In this document: one piece after another, positions 62,501 to 64,000 of the stretch
Position numbering within the stretch: the stretch's first letter is position 1
Layout of the letters: each line of letters begins with the position of its first letter
DNA from: Psilocybe cubensis
Taxonomy: Eukaryota
Assembly (NCBI GenBank): GCA_017499595.2
Contig: CM039000.1
Span: forward strand, 2,790,001-2,854,000
Length of the DNA: 64,000 bases
Direction of reading: 5' to 3'
Translations under genes and position numbers: made by a program
The notes under the pieces: model-generated
The model's input: the letters and a program-made list of their open reading frames with translations, nothing else
Told to the model about the DNA's origin: nothing
The model's database searches: none

Positions 62501-64000
62501 GATTGAATGCGTGGTTAATTCTAGAGTTGATTTGAACGTACCTTTCCATGCTGGGAAGTGAGGACGGAGTTGAATGAGAAATCCGACAAGGCGAACTCTG
62601 TCGGTTATGGGGGCTTTTACTAATGATTCACTCCAGCACTGTGAAATGATTTCGAAGTGGACGGGGAGAAGAACTGAAGAGAAAGTTCTGACAGCGATCC
62701 TAATTTCTTCCTGCTTAAAGTTGATAAAACCATTCAGCATGAATGTATCGCTGAGCGCTTACATTGGGATCTGCCCACAAAGCAGTAAAAAAGGCATAGA
62801 AAATTTCGATTACACTAGAACGCCATTGCCGTCCATCGACATTGAAAGCTGGACTGGTGACATCAGAAATCATGCGAAATAGGCGGTTGACACCAGAAAG
62901 TCTTTCAATTCAGAGAGTCAGCTCTGATACAAAAACAATGAAATCAAAGTGCCACCTTTGTTGGACAGTACATATGGAGGGATCCATCCAAGTACGTATG
63001 GTTTCTTGGAAGTGCTCTGGGTCTATTAGAAGGCTTCGTAACAAGAGGTTCGTGCGGACAATAGCTAAATCCTCATTTTGAATGTCGTATACATTCCATG
63101 CACTATGAAATCATTAGCCGTGGTTTCTTCGAATGTGAAAGCCAACATACCAGAATGATAAAAGTTTTCCGTTCTGCAGTATGAAGTTATCAATTTCAAA
63201 GCTTTCTAACAACGGCGGATCCGACATAATGAATAAGTTCAAAAATTTTGCCACGAAACTCGTAACAAGACTGGAATTGCTTTGGAGATAGAGGTGCAAA
63301 GCGTTGAGAACTTCGCGTTCAATAAATACGGGGTCAACAATTGTGGAGCCCCGGACGTTGAGCTTCCTCCTAAGAAAGGGGTGATTTAGTGATACAATTT
63401 ATGCAACAAAGTGACCTACCTGGAGGGTAAATCTTCAAGCTCCTCTGGAAGTACCATTCCGGCAGCTATGATAGAGGATCGTTCGCATCCATAGAGTCGT
63501 AAGCAAGCTGCAAGGGAGCGTCGAATGACAGAAACACTGTAAACAATCATCTTTTTCACTATGATCCAAGGCCCGTAGCATGTTAACTTACGATATGTTG
63601 GAATTTACCCCAGAACGCAGAGATTCCAATATTTTGGGCGCCAAATGAGACTGAAGGGATGAAATGACGCCTCGCAAATCCTGACGTCCAGATGACCTAA
63701 GCCAAAGGGTAAGAAGGATAGCTTTCGATAGAAGGTTCGCGTTTTGTAAGCAATTATCTTTGTCGGAAATTGTCAACTTCAAAAATAGCTTGAAAGACGT
63801 TATTGGAATGCTGATCCCGCATTTTATAACGCTCGAGAGGTAGGTCAAGGATTTTGAAAGGCCCGAAGGAGATTCCCGCGCCAAGTTAGAAATCGTTCTC
63901 AGAGGATCGACGTATAAAGCAAGTGAAGGATCGGAAGTAGGATCTACAATGACGGTGCTGCGCTGAATGGTGTCCGCGTCATTTCCCCATAGTTTGATTA
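59505..64000 (-). CDS. Large multi-exon alpha-helical (ARM/HEAT-like) protein of unknown function; 5' end beyond the right edge of the window
   Basis: A continuous series of Leu-rich helical ORF fragments on the minus strand, separated by GT-AG introns of about 50 nt (e.g. 61587-62210, 59891-60298, 63588-63884). Last exon ends ...RKEGRALAT* at 59505. Confidence 0.7.

Overview
This is gene-dense, intron-rich fungal nuclear DNA. Introns are mostly about 50-60 nt GT-AG with CTRAC-type branch sites, and the protein styles fit an agaricomycete basidiomycete, probably Agaricales (inference). It contains about 22 protein-coding genes and one intron-containing tRNA-Ile(UAU). In order: Nup133 (runs off the left edge), NSRP1/CCDC55-like, AgaK1-type kinase, DUF4211/CCDC82-like, secreted PNGase A, C1-THF synthase, mitochondrial GrpE, mitochondrial Phe-tRNA synthetase, an uncharacterised single-TM coiled-coil protein, Nur1/Mug154-like, tRNA, a stand-alone ABC ATPase, Tom40, two tandem GT15 mannosyltransferases, Pik1, Ost3/6, Sec16, a Pumilio/PUF protein, kinesin-1, Elf1, kinesin-5, Vps55, Trs120, and a large helical protein running off the right edge. 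I saw no transposon, rRNA, CRISPR array or biosynthetic cluster. The most notable signal is a 347-nt intron (18634-18980) in the uncharacterised gene that is almost entirely folded into three hairpins, one closed by a perfect 18-bp inverted repeat. Others are a 5-nt micro-exon in kinesin-1 whose flanking introns are jointly stop-free and in frame, G37 in tRNA-Ile(UAU), a dual-ATG C1-THF synthase, and intron turnover between the tandem GT15 paralogs. Exon boundaries were read by eye and product calls come from motif recognition, not database searches.
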